From Callorhinchus milii (taxonomy: Eukaryota), in the NCBI RefSeq assembly GCF_018977255.1, contig NW_024704746.1:31062001-31126000 (forward strand): a DNA stretch of 64,000 nucleotides, written 5' to 3'. This document shows positions 49,369 through 63,440 of the stretch, piece by piece. Within the stretch, counting starts at the first letter, position 1. The number at the start of each line of letters is the position of its first letter. The position numbers were made by a program, and so were the translations under genes. The notes beneath the pieces are model-generated. The model had not been told where the DNA came from and searched no databases. It worked only from the letters and a program-made list of their open reading frames with translations.

Positions 49369-49665
49369 GGAGTCCTGTAGCTCAGTGGTTAGAGACCTGG
49401 GTTCAATTCCAGGCAGAGGGCGAAACCTTGGGCAAATTTCCTTACTCCACACACCTAATAATAATCCCTCCAAAACCAAAAACAATAATAAATTGGTCAT
49501 TTTCAATCTATGACTGTTTGTGGGACATTGCTGTGTGCAATTGGCTGCCGCGTTCGCCCACAAATATACAGTCAATTCACTTTACAGTGTGTTCTGCAAA
49601 GCGCTTTGGGACGTCCTCCCGACGTGAAAAGCGCTATATCAAATGCAAGGATTATTATTATTATT
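49369..49665 (+). mobile_element. tRNA-derived SINE, young short variant with L2-type tail (head has an internal deletion)
   Basis: GGAGTCCTGTAGCTCAGTGGTTAGAGACCTGGGTTC..GGGACGTCCTCCCGACGTGAAAAGCGCTATATCAAATGCAAGG(ATT)n. Confidence 0.9.
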
Positions 49666-50827
49666 AATATAAACATACTGAGTGAAAGTATGAGTGTGTG
49701 GTAAGACAGATGGGAAAGAGCAAATGGTGTGAGATTGATGACAAATCAGTGTAAAACTTGTCCACCACCATCATAATCTAGGGATTGTGTCGGGATATTT
49801 TGTAAGTCCTCTTGGATCTGCAAAATCATCACAATTATATGTCCCGCAATGAACAACTTGAACAGTAGCTAATTTTACATTTGAAATATACTCAGTTGCC
49901 AAATCATTGCATACAGACTAAGTGGTAAATATTGAGATCAACACAGTCACTACACACAATAAAAAATCCTGTGATGTGCTTTGAAAATGTCCTCACAATG
50001 TCACAGTTGCAATATCAAACACAAGCATTATTTTAAATATTGCTGGCCGCTCACCACAACATTTTTCCATTTACAAATATTGATCACAAACCTTTCCCCG
50101 CAGCAGGGGAAGCAAGTCTGGATAAACTGATGAAAAAATGGGTATCCTCAAACTCGGCCCCTTTTGGTACCTATCCTCAGCCTCAATATTTTGACAGCTC
50201 GACGAGACACTGCAGCTTTGTTTCACAGATCATAGACAGAGGAAAAACATTTTAATTATTTGATTCCATGCAGTCCCAAGCCATATACAGGCAGCTCCTT
50301 TCACTTCGGAGAACATCTCAAAGAGCTTCACAGGATTTACTGTAATATGCAGTGACTGTGTAATATAGAATTGGCTGCTGTGTTTCTCCCACACAATAAG
50401 CAGTCAATTCACTTTACCGTATACTGCATGAAGCGCTCTGAGGCGTCTTGAAGACATGATGAGGCGCTATGTCAAACGCAAGGATTGTTATTGTTATTAC
50501 TATTTTGCCGGCGATCGATGGAGGGTTCATTTTTTTTTAAAAAAACCAAGTACATATTTATCTGTACACAGAAGATATAAAGGTGCACTTATCTCAAAGA
50601 AATAATTCCCACGACAGGAGGAAAGCCGCAACTCGTTACGATCCCTTCGCGGCACGCGGCGGGGCCGAGCCACTCGGGATTAAGGTGCTCTGGCGCCCTC
50701 GCGCGAAGGGGGCGCCGTAATAAATGCAAGTTGTTGTCATGATCCTAGAGCGGCTTTCCCTGGGGGAAAGGAACGCAACAACAGCACAAGCTCATTGGGG
50801 TGAAACACTGCAGAGATCTTGTGCCTT

Positions 50828-51500
50828 TGAGTGAGTGANNNNNNNNNNNNNNNNNNNNNNNNNNNNNNNNNNNNNNNNNNNNNNNNNNNNNNNNNNNNNN
50901 NNNNNNNNNNNNNNNNNNNNNNNNNNNNNNNNNNNNNNNNNNNNNNNNNNNNNNNNNNNNNNNNNNNNNNNNNNNNNAGGGAGTGAGTGAGGGAGGGAGG
51001 AAGGGAGGGAGTGANNNNNNNNNNNNNNNNNNNNNNNNNNNNNNNNNNNNNNNNNNNNNNNNNNNNNNNNNNNNNNNNNNNNNNNNNNNNNNNNNNNNNN
51101 NNNNNNNNNNNNNNNNNNNNNNNNNNNNNNNNNNNNNNNNNNNNNNNNNNNNNNNNNNNNNNNNNNNNNNNNNNNNNNNNNNNNNNNNNNNNNNNNNNNN
51201 NNNNNNNNNNNNNNNNNNNNNNNNNNNNNNNNNNNNNNNNNNNNNNNNNNNNNNNNNNNNNNNNNNNNNNNNNNNNNNNNNNNNNNNNNNNNNNNNNNNN
51301 NNNNNNNNNNNNNNNNNNNNNNNNNNNNNNNNNNNNNNNNNNNNNNGTGAGTGAATGAAGGAGTGAGGGAGTGAGGAAGGGAGGGAGGGAGTGAATGAAG
51401 GAGTGAGTGAGTGAGGGAGGGAGGAAGAGAGGGAGGGAGGGAGGGAGTGAATGAAGGAGTGAGTGAGTGAGTGAGGAGGAGGTGGAGGGGAGTGTCAGGT
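50828..51500 (+). repeat. (GAGT/GAGG)n purine-rich simple repeat with N gaps
   Basis: Direct inspection; assembly gaps at 50839-50977 and 51014-51346. Confidence 0.85.
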
Positions 51501-51539
51501 GTAGTACTATATCGGTTGGTTGGTTGGTTCACCCGAACT

Positions 51540-52140
51540 TGACTATTAAAGGAAATGCCGCCCTCCTCTGTGGGAACTGAAGCTGCTGATTGGTTGGCAA
51601 TGGGCAGAGCTCAGTGTTGCCACCACCAGTCTCCCTCCCCATTGGGCGGCCGCGGGGCTCCAGCCCGGCTCTGTGCTGCTCAGGTTTGGTTGAGCCCGGA
51701 AGAGGGTCCCATCCCCTCCCCCATCCCAATCCCAATCCCATTANNNNNNNNNNNNNNNNNNNNNNNNNNNNNNNNNNNNNNNNNNNNNNNNNNNNNNNNN
51801 NNNNNNNNNNNNNNNNNNNNNNNNNNNNNNNNNNNNNNNNNNNNNNNNNNNNNNNNNNNNNNNNNNNNNNNNNNNNNNNNNNNNNNNNNNACTGGGAAGA
51901 GGGGAAGGAGCAGCGAAGCTTGAAACCCAACCCAAGTCCAACCCGGAGCAGCTCGACCCGACCAGACCCGAGTCAACCCGACCAGACCCGACCCAACCCG
52001 ACCAGACCCGAGTCAACCCGACCAGACCCGAGTCAACCCGACCAGACCCGAGTCAACCCGACCAGACCCAACCCGACCAGACCCGAGTCAACCCGACCAG
52101 ACCCAACCCGAGTCAACCCGACCCAACCAGACCCGAGCCA
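51540..52140 (+). promoter_or_regulatory. CpG-rich promoter, probably of STK38L (synteny only), including a 20-bp tandem repeat ACCCGACCAGACCCGAGTCA
   Basis: CTGATTGG CCAAT box near 51587; CpG-rich; tandem array 51956-52140; STK38L follows MED21 in the recalled amniote gene order. Confidence 0.55.
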
Positions 52141-52549
52141 ACACGGCTCAGCTGCAGGAGGAAGGAGAGCCTTGAACCCACCTTCTCTCCTGGTCTCCCC
52201 CTCTCCCTCTCTCTCTCTCTCTCCTTTCCCCTCTCTCTCCCCCCCTCTCTCTCTCTCTCTCTCCTCTCCTCCAGGACCCATCACCTTCTCATTCCAATGG
52301 TCACTTGGTCCTTCTATCCCCCGGAGGTCCAGGCTGCCGGTGTTGGCTGCTGCACTGTCACTGACTCCTCTGCACTGTGACACCAAAGCGATCGCTCCAC
52401 TCTCTGGGCTTCGACTTCTTGCATAAAAGGACATTTTGAGACTCTAAACAGACGATCATTTATCCCCTTCCACCCCATCCCCCCCCACACCCTCCCCCCC
52501 TCCCCCCCACACCCTCCCCTGGAAGGACTGCACTGTAGAGACCCAACAG
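52140..52549 (+). other. Putative non-coding first exon (likely STK38L); coding exons not seen in window
   Basis: Ends at a strong CAG|GTGAGG donor at 52549/52550, followed by more than 11 kb of intron-like, repeat-rich DNA. Confidence 0.45.
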
Positions 52550-52720
52550 GTGAGGATATTTTGTGTGTGTGTGTGTGTGTGGGGAATGGGGGAGTGTTTT
52601 AGTTCAACATTAGCTGCTGTTAAGTTACCTGTGACTTGGGGCGTTTTGCCTATGACTTTTGTTTATATCTCATGTGTGTGTATAATTATATATGTATATA
52701 TATACACACACACACACACA

Positions 52721-52844
52721 CAAGGTGACCAGAAAAGTCGTGATCCCATTATAAAGTCTAATAAGTCTTAAAGTAATGATGATATTTTGTGGTTTTTTTT
52801 TAATAAGATCATAAGAGAGATACCATGGCTTTTTGGTCACCCTA
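52721..52844. mobile_element. Tc1/mariner-like MITE
   Basis: Imperfect TIRs CAAGGTGACCAGAAAAGTCGTGAT / ACCATGGCTTTTTGGTCACCCTA; TA on the right, (TA)(CA)n microsatellite on the left. Confidence 0.6.
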
Positions 52845-55800
52845 TAATATATGCATGATAGTCCTTGAGTTGGACACAGCGCCTTATCTGGTGCTCAAAA
52901 AGTCTCCAAAGCACTTCAGGGTTTACTGTCAAGTGTAATGACTTTTTTTTTCACTGGTGACAGTGTTTGGAGGTGATGGTAGTACAGTGCGTAACGACTG
53001 GTTTCCACAATCTGTCAAGTTTGTAATGTAGCTACCAAAACATGATGTTCATCTGGGCTTACGCTTTTGTTAAGCGTTAAGTCAGGGGTAAAGCTAACCT
53101 TGATGTAATCCATCTGTACAGCAGTATTGTATTTTCTGTATTGTACCAGTCTCAGGATAGAACCATTTTTAAGTGTCATTTTTGGGCTGAAGTCTTATCA
53201 TCTCCTTCTGTGCATTCCCATCTTGGTCGCCTGCTCCCTGCCCCACTCAAAAAGGTAGTTTGTCGTAGCTGTAGACTTGTAACTCATATTTATTTTTAAA
53301 CAATAACAATCCTTGCATTTGATATCGCGCCTTGTCACGTCGTTGAGACGTCTCAAGCACTTGACCGACAGATACTGTAAAGGGGATTGACTGTGAAGTT
53401 TGCGAGTGAAACAAGATTACATTCTTACAGAATTGTGGATTTTTGAAATCCCCACTCTCCTATCAATGATTATGTGTGTTAACAAACCGGTTTCTCATAC
53501 TGTATATTCAAAGCGACCTGCCTTGTGCAAGTGCCAGACGGTGTCGGTGTTATTTATAGATAATACTGCTGCTCACTCAACTCATGCAGCATAACAAACC
53601 TAGGAACATACTTTCCAATTGCATTCATTAATTTTGCTTTTCCGCCAATGGCTGATTTTTAAGTGTACCACAATCTAATTATGACAGGTCTCTGCAACCA
53701 CAATAGACATCTAAATACTCGGTGTGATTGATGGGCGCTGTGTAAATGCAGTTGGTTTTTCTCACTCTTTTGACAATTTTATTGTGATCTAGTAACTCAA
53801 AAGCTACTAGTGAGTGTTGCACAAACAGTGGCCGCTGACTCCCAATTGAAACTCTTTGATAGTTGTTGATACATAAGAGCGTTACACTGTCTAAAGCTAC
53901 ATGGTATCAAAAACTGCATAGGTTACATAATTAGTACAATTGAAAAGTTGATTCATTCAGTTTATGAAAACATAACAACAAATTCTTTGGTAATCGTATG
54001 GTTTGTAAATCCTGTATAGTGATACTGATGGTTTCTTAATAATAATTGCATTTGATATAGCGCCTTATTATGTCATCAAGAGTCTCTAAGTGCTTCACAG
54101 GATATACTGTAAAGTGGATTTTTTTTAACTGTGTCATTTATGGGCGAAAAGTGACCTGGTTAATATACAGGTTAAACAATGGGTCTATTCCCATAGTTTT
54201 CTGGAATTCAGGAGTTATGAGTGAATTATTCATTTTTTTGTTTGTATTATCAGATTTCTGAAAGTATAGCTCGGGCACTTCTTGTCTAAGATGTCTCTTG
54301 AGCACTTTGGGGTGAAAGTCCAGCAGTAACCTTGATGCTCATGTTACTTAACCGATTGGCAAAACTGAAAGGTTTCAATAAAATATGTATGTGTAGAAAT
54401 TCTCTTGCATCTGCCCAGATTCATCCCATTGGAAAGGATGCTAAATGTCAACACTGGCCCATAAATTATTAAGCAATTAGAAATCGGTTTCAATTTAAAA
54501 AGCCAATACTGTACAAGCATGTTGTTAGAACAATCTCTCTGAATTATTTTCCACCTAAATACATTTATGTCTTCAATTAAAGAATAATCTGAATGAGTTG
54601 TTTCTTGGCCAATGTTGTCCACAGCAGGCCACCATTCAGAATGATGTAATGCTGCATTTATTTGAAATGATGTCAATGTCTGCAAGTCGCACAGGGCAGT
54701 CTTTAAATGCGTGTCTGCATGCCTGTATATTACACAAAATCTTATACTGAGTGGCAGACATAAATCAAGAACATTTATAGGTGCACTGTCACAGGTCATT
54801 AGGCCTTGGAAGGCAGATTTTGTTTTCTAGACACAAAGGAGGTAGTGGGGTAGCATCAAATAATGTTCATTTATTATTATCTATTATCCATTAATGTCCA
54901 GTTCCAAATATTTCTGCACAAATGTCAACCTTTGGAGTATTTTCCTAGCTTTCAATGATACGTTTACTTTGTTCCCTTCCCTGTTATGCATTATCTGCTA
55001 TTGATAAGTCTGAGTCCCATTGCTGGGATTTGAGCAATAGTGTCACGGAGTTTCACTTTCTAGAAACTCACCTTGTTATCCATTGTAAAGCTTTTCCTGG
55101 AGTATTGGCCTGCACTACCATTGTGCCTAAGCTTTCATTAATATGTTTTTTTTTGCTTGTAAAGATAAGGGGCCACATTGCTGGGAAAATGCTTTCTTGT
55201 GATTGCATCCCATTTAAGTATCAAGCCTTTAAGATTAAGTACGACATGAAGAAAGCACTGAATAACTAGAAAGGTTTCTCTGATATGCCATATTATTCAG
55301 ATATGGGAGTAACATCCATTTCTCTGCCTAACTTTGATGCTTTAAACCCTAACCTTTGATTAGCATCTCCTACGCACCACTGTAAAAATTTCTGTTAGTG
55401 CACTAATTATTAAACCAGGAAGCTGGGTACATTAATCTTATGGCAATCTATTGCCAGTTACTGCCTTGTGCAGAATTCTTACAATGATTCTCTCTTGCTG
55501 TGCTTTCTTATACCACATTTATTTGGGGGGAAAAAAGTAGTCTCTCAAGTAGCAATGCCAGTTTTGGGCTGAATTATAGCCAGAATCTATTGCAATTGAG
55601 ACGCCTCTAGTATCTTCATGTTAGACTCTCAACAGCCGGAGAAAAGAGGCAAAGAGACTTGATGCTTTGGAGTGTGATCCGATGTTCAAAGGATGATACT
55701 GTTAATATGTTGCAACACCCAGTTCTTCCCTCTGCACACATTTCCTTAAATAACATCAGAAAAATGTTACAGAATGGTAAACTATATGGTAGACTAGATG

Positions 55801-58800
55801 AAGGCGACATTTGTTTCAAAGGACCTTGACGAAGGACATTCAGCTCTGTAAGGAGGTTTGTTATCAGAAAGCTGGCACCAAACCAAATTAATCTTTATTT
55901 ACTTTTCTATAAACTTGTGTGCAATAGTATTACAAACTAGCCTTTGCAGCTGTCGCAGTAAATTCTCAAGTAGTAGTTTTAATAAAGAAAGATTTATAGT
56001 TGATTGATAAGATGCTACTGTTGTATGTTTATCACCATATGTGCGCAATATAAAAAAAGTACTTGTAGTTTGGCACATAGACAAAAGAAAGCCTTTGTGG
56101 TCTGAATCCAGACCAGGCGGGATAAAAGATTTATGCCCTGAGACTCTCGAGGGTCCTGAATTCATTTGGATTCTTCCAACCTGACTTTCTAATGAATGCA
56201 ACATCAGCCTTTAGCTTGTAATTTAATACTACTGATTCTTTCTGATTACTACAGTAGTGGAGACTGGTAACGTTCTACTGATGCTGTGAAGGGGATGGGG
56301 GGGCGGGGGGTGGGGGGGGAATGGCTCCCACTTTTCTCATGCTATATTTATGGGTGGTCAAATGAGATCATGCTTGTTTGTTTGACACATCAGTGCAAAT
56401 AGCTTGAATTCTGAGGTTGAACTCAGCTCGTGTCTTCCAAACAGATGCATCTCAAGGGAACCAGAAGAGAACAGAGATTCAGAGCTATGCAATTTTTGGG
56501 GCAGACATTTGGAAGCGCAGTATTTATTTACACAGTTAGAATGGGTTACCAGAAAGAATGGTAGAGGCCAGGCCACTTGACCTCCTCAAAATTAGTTGAT
56601 GCTGTAAATGTGAAGAAGGTAGAGTGCGTATTCAGGAGGGATGGGTTGAAAGCTCTTCCTGTACACCTTTCTTGTGATTTTGTAAGTTTCCCACAGATGC
56701 CGAAATGCTGTTGTCCAAACTGGCAATGGAATTGTCCCTCTATTCTGCTCTCTGCCCCCAATTCTCCAATTTAACAAATATTGTGATGGCAAGAAATAAG
56801 ATCACACATATGAAGGTTATTTGAAAGTTCCCATTTCCTTTCCGAGACCAATAATTTAAGATGGATCATAAACCAGATCACGCTGTTCTGTTTGTTTGGA
56901 GGGAGTGTTCAGGATGTATATTTACCTTTATGAATAGGATTTTCAATATGATTCATGCAAGACAAATGATTGCCAGCTATGCAGTTTAATAGCTAATTTC
57001 AGTAAGTGTACTAAAGTATGGTAAAGTATTATACTCCTTGTGGAGATATAAACACTGGTTAGACTGGATGGCCTGTGTTTCATCTGCACCTTTTATGAAT
57101 CTGTGGGAATATTTCATTCACACATTGGGTGTGGCACTTGCACTTTACGAATCCAATTTGGACCAGATTTTAATCATGAGCTACAAATCAGTTGTTAAAT
57201 TTGAAGCAATTTTAAATCATGAACATTGACAGGTAAAATATGGAGGCTTGAAGCAAGGTTTCCCTTTCTTGTAAATAAAGGAAGATAATGAAATCCATGC
57301 TCTTTGCCACATTTTGGTTATAAGCAACCTTTTCATACTCAAACTCGACTGCATGAAGCTACCAGATTGCTTTTGTCACAAGCTGGCCAGCTAATGTTTT
57401 AAACAAATTATCAATTTCCAATTTGCAACATTGAAATATTTAAATACCGCATTAAAATTCTCCTCTTCCTCTCTTTCTTCCGAGTAGGTATCCATGTTAA
57501 CAATTGCTTGAGTAAGAGGATGCAACCACCATGTATTTGGTTAGGAATCTTTCCGCAAGATTTGGGAATCTGTAATGTTGCATTCATTGCTCTAAGGATG
57601 TGTTTTCCCACCTTAATCAGTTCACGGTGGTCCAACCGGCAGCCGATGAGCTGATTTCATCCTGCTCCCCCCTCCCTCCATTTTTTCTGGCCCATCCTCT
57701 CCCTCCATAACCCATATATGTTATATTTCTGAAAGGGAAACCCCAAAATATTGCTTATGCAGCCCTCAGATGTTTCTCAAATAGGGCATCCGGCCCTCAG
57801 CAGCCAAAAGGTTGAACCACCCTCAGTTAAGTCATTAAAGGGCGATGTTGAGCTTTTTCCAGGAGCTTCATCACAGAAACAAGAGAACAAGTTCAGCTCA
57901 GATGGTTTCTTTTGTGCTCCTCCTATGAGTGTTCTGAATGTTTCATTCTCACTTAAACTGTTGGGTGTCTTGTGTGTTCCTAACCAAAATAAAAAATTTA
58001 CAATAAGCGACAGGGGTTTACAGAAACAAGTTTGTAAACTACATTAATGTGTTCTGCAAAATGCATTTCTTGGATGGAAAAAAAGGGGTGTGATGGCAGG
58101 CATTAATATGTGCTGCAATCCCAAAATGTTTCCATCGTGCATATTCCAGACAGACCTCTGCATATTGAGATCACTATTTCAAAAGTATCAGCTTCTTTTT
58201 CTCCATTCAAGTTTTAAACACCCCAGAACATAAATCATAAAAATTGGCCAATCTGTCTGTTATAATTAGGTTTAATAAATTACTGGGAAATTGCTATGCT
58301 TTGAAGAACCAAATGATAAATAAACAAGCAGCACAAAAGTGCAACTGGGAAAGTAATATTTTTAGAATTACTTCCTGTAAAATGGGGTGTGGGGACACAG
58401 AACAAAAAACATTTATCTAAAACCAGTGTAAACTGCTGGATCATTAACAATGACCATTGGTACAGGCATCTGAATGAAGCCTTTTTATGATGAAATCCGG
58501 ATCCTTACACTGGCCAAAGCACTTTGTTGCTACATCCAATTTTAATTTGGACTCACCATCTGCTATTCCAGGATATAACTCGAGACATTCAGTGTGACAC
58601 AGAAATACATTTACCAGAGGAGTGTGAAATCAATTTTTTTTCCCCCCGCACCTATTTTCCGTCATCAATACTGAAACAAGTAAGTTATACTATACTTTAT
58701 GTAAATCCTTTAATACATTTGTGTAAGCATTAAAATCAATTAAATTGTCAGGGGGGCACCAACTCTTGAACCATCACAGTTTGCTCATTTTTTAGTCAAA

Positions 58801-60060
58801 CCAGGTGTTTGACACATACGGAAACCCATCACCTTGTGCTTGGTACACCAGTGCGTGTTGGGGAAATGGTTGCTACTGTTTGCCCGGCTAGGACCACCCT
58901 AGCCATTAAGACTTATTTTTTTAATCTTGCAAACCAATGAAACTTGTGGACTTGCAAATACCAGATTAGAAATATTGACTAGATTGCCATTTTACTATTG
59001 CATCACCTTCGTGGGATTAGGTTAGAGTTCTCAGTGCTCCTGAGAGGTCAGAAACAATCGTTAAGCAGTTAATTGTATATTTTAATCCTAAATACAATAA
59101 TTAGGTGTATGTAAGGGAAATTGAATGTTTTCTGTACTGTCAACGTTAGCTCAGCTATCTGAAGGTGACTTCTCTATCTGAATGATTCTTTGAATAGGCA
59201 TTGTACCAAAATAGAAATGCACAGTTAGTGTTCCATTGTACATAATAGAAAAGAGTCTAGGAGTGGGAATTTACCCTCTTTGGGCTGGAGGGGTTAAGCC
59301 TTTGGAAAGCAGGAAATCTGGTGTGATGTCAAATGCTTTAAAATAACTCTGATGGTTGCGGCTTAGAATTCAGTTCAGCTAACCTGCAGGGACCAGGGTA
59401 AAATTGTACATCTCAAACCTTATGCAGTCTGTTACATAAATAACTGCACTCGATCCACTTCACAGGCCAGATTTTCGGTCCAGCTCATTTTCTGAATTGT
59501 TCCCTGAAATACTGAAGGAAATGTGTACATTGGAGGGGGCAGTGTGGAAATGTGAATGTGAAGAGAGGATAGGGAGTTCAAATAGGAATTGTCAATAATT
59601 AACTGTCTTCCTTTACAGCAGGCTGAAAAGGTTGGGGGGGAGAAGAATATACACTGTTTCGCCCACAAATAATTCACTTTACAGTATATCCTGTGAAGCA
59701 CTTTGAGACGTTGAGAAGATGTGAAAAGCGCTATATCAAATGCAAGGATTATTATTATCTTCTATGTATGTGTCTAACATGCTGATGTTGGTACACAATA
59801 CCTTCCGGCAATAAAATTCTTAGATTTTAAAACTGCCAAAGGAAGAGGTCAAATTGAGAGTTGTCAGCTATTAATACCCATATCTACTTGCTCATTTACA
59901 TGTTAAAGATCCCTTGTACTAGTCAGTCATCTCTTGGTGTTCTGGACAGCAATGCAGGTTAATTGGTCATTCAGCTCATTGGTGTTTTGGGGGGCGACGC
60001 TGGGGCAAATGACTGCTGATGACATGTTAAACCGAGGTCTTGTCTGACTGTTTGGGTGGA

Positions 60061-60670
60061 CAACAACAACAAATTGCATTTATATCGCACCTTTCGCGTT
60101 GGGTTCACATCCCAAAGTACTAGACAGTTGAGGGTTTGCATGTGAAAGGTCTCATGGTACTATTGGAAAAGAGAAGGGATTTCTCCCAGTGTCCAGGAAA
60201 AGCAATCTTCCAAATAAAATTGGTTATTGACTGTGGCTGTTTGTGTAAATGCTAGATTAATTATTAAACCATCCTCCTATTTGTGATGAGATGGCACAAT
60301 TTTTTTCCCTTCCTCCTTCCTGGAGTCATCCCACACCACGTGTCGTTTCTAGTGCTCAAACTTCTCAAGAACTTCGGCCTCCACCAATGCCACTCTGAAA
60401 TCAGCTCCTTTTTCTCTCCTCAAAACGCTTTCTCCCATTTCCCAATAAAGGTGTACCTACAATTATGGATTGGAAGATCGTGAGTATAAATGTTCAACTG
60501 ATTCACTCACACTTGCAGCAGATTGGCTTCTGTGGAGTATATCCTAGTAACGATTTTAGAAAATAAACCAGTGCTTCAATGATGTTCTCCATCAAACCTC
60601 AACTGTCTAGTACTTTGGGGGATGTCAACCCAACGTGAAAGGTGCGATGTAAATGCAATTTGTTGTTGTT
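60061..60670. repeat. ~80-bp inverted repeat derived from an L2 tail (60061-60142 / 60590-60670)
   Basis: Arms are reverse complements with only a few mismatches and indels. Confidence 0.85.
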
Positions 60671-60994
60671 AATAATAACAATAATAATCCTTGCATTTGA
60701 TATAGCGCTTTTCACGTCGGGAGGACATCCCAAAGCGCTTCACAGAACACACTGTAAAGTAAATTGACTGTATATTTGTGGGCGAACGCGGCAGCCAATT
60801 GCGCACAGCAATGTCCCACAAACAGTCGTAGATTGAAAATGACAATTTATTATTGTTTTTGGTTTTGGAGGGATTATCATTAGGCTCTGTGTGGAGTAAG
60901 GAAACTTGCCCAAGGTTTCGCCCTCTGCCTGGAATTGAACTCAGGTCTCTCACTTGCAAAGCGAGTGCTCTAAACCACTGAGCTACAAGACTCC
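60671..60994 (-). mobile_element. tRNA-derived SINE, young short variant with L2-type tail
   Basis: Near-identical to 9797-10116. Confidence 0.9.
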
Positions 60995-61759
60995 AATCAA
61001 ACTGATGTGCAGTTCATGTGTTCAGGGGGAGTTGTGGCTCATGTGGTACAATGGGTCTGGCTGCTCTCAAGAGACAGGTGTGACCTTTGGAGCTGTGTAA
61101 CTGGCATATTTGCTTTGTAGTAACTGAAATTGAGTGAGAACTAGACTGTGCAGCTATATTTAGAACTTTTTCATTCTCTTACAATGCATCTCCACGAGGC
61201 TTGTGCAGCCTGGCAGTTCACAGCTCTGTAGAGGGGGAAATGTTGTCAATAAAATATTCCCCTGATTGTATTTTTAAAGAGATGCTAACTAATTTGGTGC
61301 GTAGACTTCATAATTCCCTATGCATAAGTAATTTGGGGCAGTTGTTACACCGGTTGGGTAAGTAGATAGGGAGTGAGTGAGGTTGTACTACTAGCTGCAG
61401 CTGTTGCATAAGCCGACGATGATCAGTAGACAGATGAAATAGGAGTAGATCTGGTATGATTGGAAAACCAATCATTGTTTTTATAACGCTATTCAGTTTA
61501 GTGACTATTTAAAAGTTGAGCAGTTGCTGAGTGGTATTGTCTTGTAAAGAAGTATCAATGGGGCACATCATTGAAGCACTAAAATAACCTGCACGCCCCA
61601 GATAGTATTTCACGTATGCAAAGTTACAGATATCTGCAATCAACACATTTAAAGTTCATGTTCTTTCCACAGACATAAGGCATTATCCTGGATTGTAGAA
61701 CCTAACTGAGAGTGGTGTTTAGGGAACTATCCAGCAATGATGTTGCCATGTCTCTGAGA

Positions 61760-62137
61760 AATTCACAGGGAGTTGCTGTTAAATGCAGTATTTCCGTATG
61801 CGTAGGGAAACAGAGCAGTCAATTTGTACAAAGCAAGGTCGCACATGTTGTCATGAAATTAATGATCAATTATTATATGGATGGTTATTGCTCAGGATGC
61901 TGGGAGAAGCTGCCTTCTCCTCCAAATAGTGTCATGGGATTGTTATTGTTCAGCTGAACAGGCAGATTCAACCTTTGTTTAATGTCTTATCTGAATGCAC
62001 TTCCACCCGTTCCTGCACGGGGGTGGGTAAGCCTGGCCTAGGCTCAATATAATAATGGTTAGATCTCACGTCTTGAGTGGACCTTGAACATGCTGTGTAG
62101 TGAGATAGCTAGAGTGCTTCCAATTGAGCCAAGCTGT
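61760..62137 (-). mobile_element. Old DeuSINE
   Basis: Reverse complement: GGCTCAATTGGAAGCACTCT head; ATCCCATGACACTATTTGGAGGAGAAG Deu body. Confidence 0.6.
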
Positions 62138-63440
62138 AGTAACTAATTTTAATGCCTTAGTGCACACCAGGACAGTGTGATAACTAACTATCAGGCATTA
62201 ATAGTGCGGAAATGTAAGTACTGTCAGATTGTAAGTGGTAAAACTTGTAGCTGAATGTGTTTTTAGGTGGGTGTAGCTTCCTTAATCAGAGAGAGAAGTC
62301 AGCAAAGTCTGTTGTCTGATTCTTTAATTAGATGATTATGTCATTTAAGCGTTCAGCAGCTATTTTTATTGGGTGAGCTCTGAAGTCTATAACTTTTCCA
62401 ACAGATTGAGAATCTTTCATTATTGAAGTATCGCCAATCAATTTTGGCAGCATACTTGTTTACTCTCCTTAAATTCATGGCTTCACAGCAACAATATACA
62501 ACAACATATTCAACATTATAAATGCGCTGACTATAACATACATATATTACAGATGTTTGCCTTTATTAATGGTCGGAAAGACTACAATTGGATCTATAAT
62601 TGGATACGTTTCTGCATTTCTTTACAGCAGTGTTTTTTTTATGGGTTATTGGTGTGATGACTGCAATGAATAGATTCAGGATTAAAAATGGGAGGAACTG
62701 CAGTGTTCCGTTTTGTACGCTGTATTGTAACACAAGCTTTCATCACCTGCAAAGCTCTAATCAGCAGACTTCTGTTTCCTGTTTTTTTTAAAAATCACTC
62801 TAAATCCACATTTTATTATGTTTCAGTTGTAATCTTGAGCAGCAATTATAAAAAAAATTGAGTTTTTTTTGGCTGTACATGTAAAAAAGGAACTCTGTAT
62901 GAAATGCACAAGTTCTCAACTTATCTGTCACCTCAAGATAACTTCCGCTAAACTGGTCCACCGATTTCACCATTTTAACGACTGTTTGGCCAAATGGCAA
63001 TTATTCCTCAGTAAATATTGGTGACTATTTGGCTACACCAATCATCAAAATCTACTCTATTCGTACCTTCTTCTGCCTCAAATATGTTCTTCCAGCAGGC
63101 GTCAGGGCTGATTATTTCCTTTTTTCCACTTATTTTTACTTTTCTTCACCCCCTGAGTGAGAGCTGGGGGGAAAATATGCATTGCCAATTCTGAGCAGCA
63201 CAGACCAGTTCCATCCACAGATGCTGTTCATCAGTATGGCTCTGTGCCACACCACATGTGCATTTAACCATAAAATGTACCCACTAGGCCATCCGAGAGA
63301 GCTTTTTTCACTCCTCACAATTAAAATGAATAGCCTCATGGATGCCTGACTACTTTAAGAAACAACTAATATGTAATAATGTTTCGATGTTTGTGTGGTT
63401 AATCTGAAAGAATGAGATCAAATAAATTCCAGAGCATCCT

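Noticed and set aside
50792-52016. ORFs spanning N runs
   Set aside because: Created by assembly gaps
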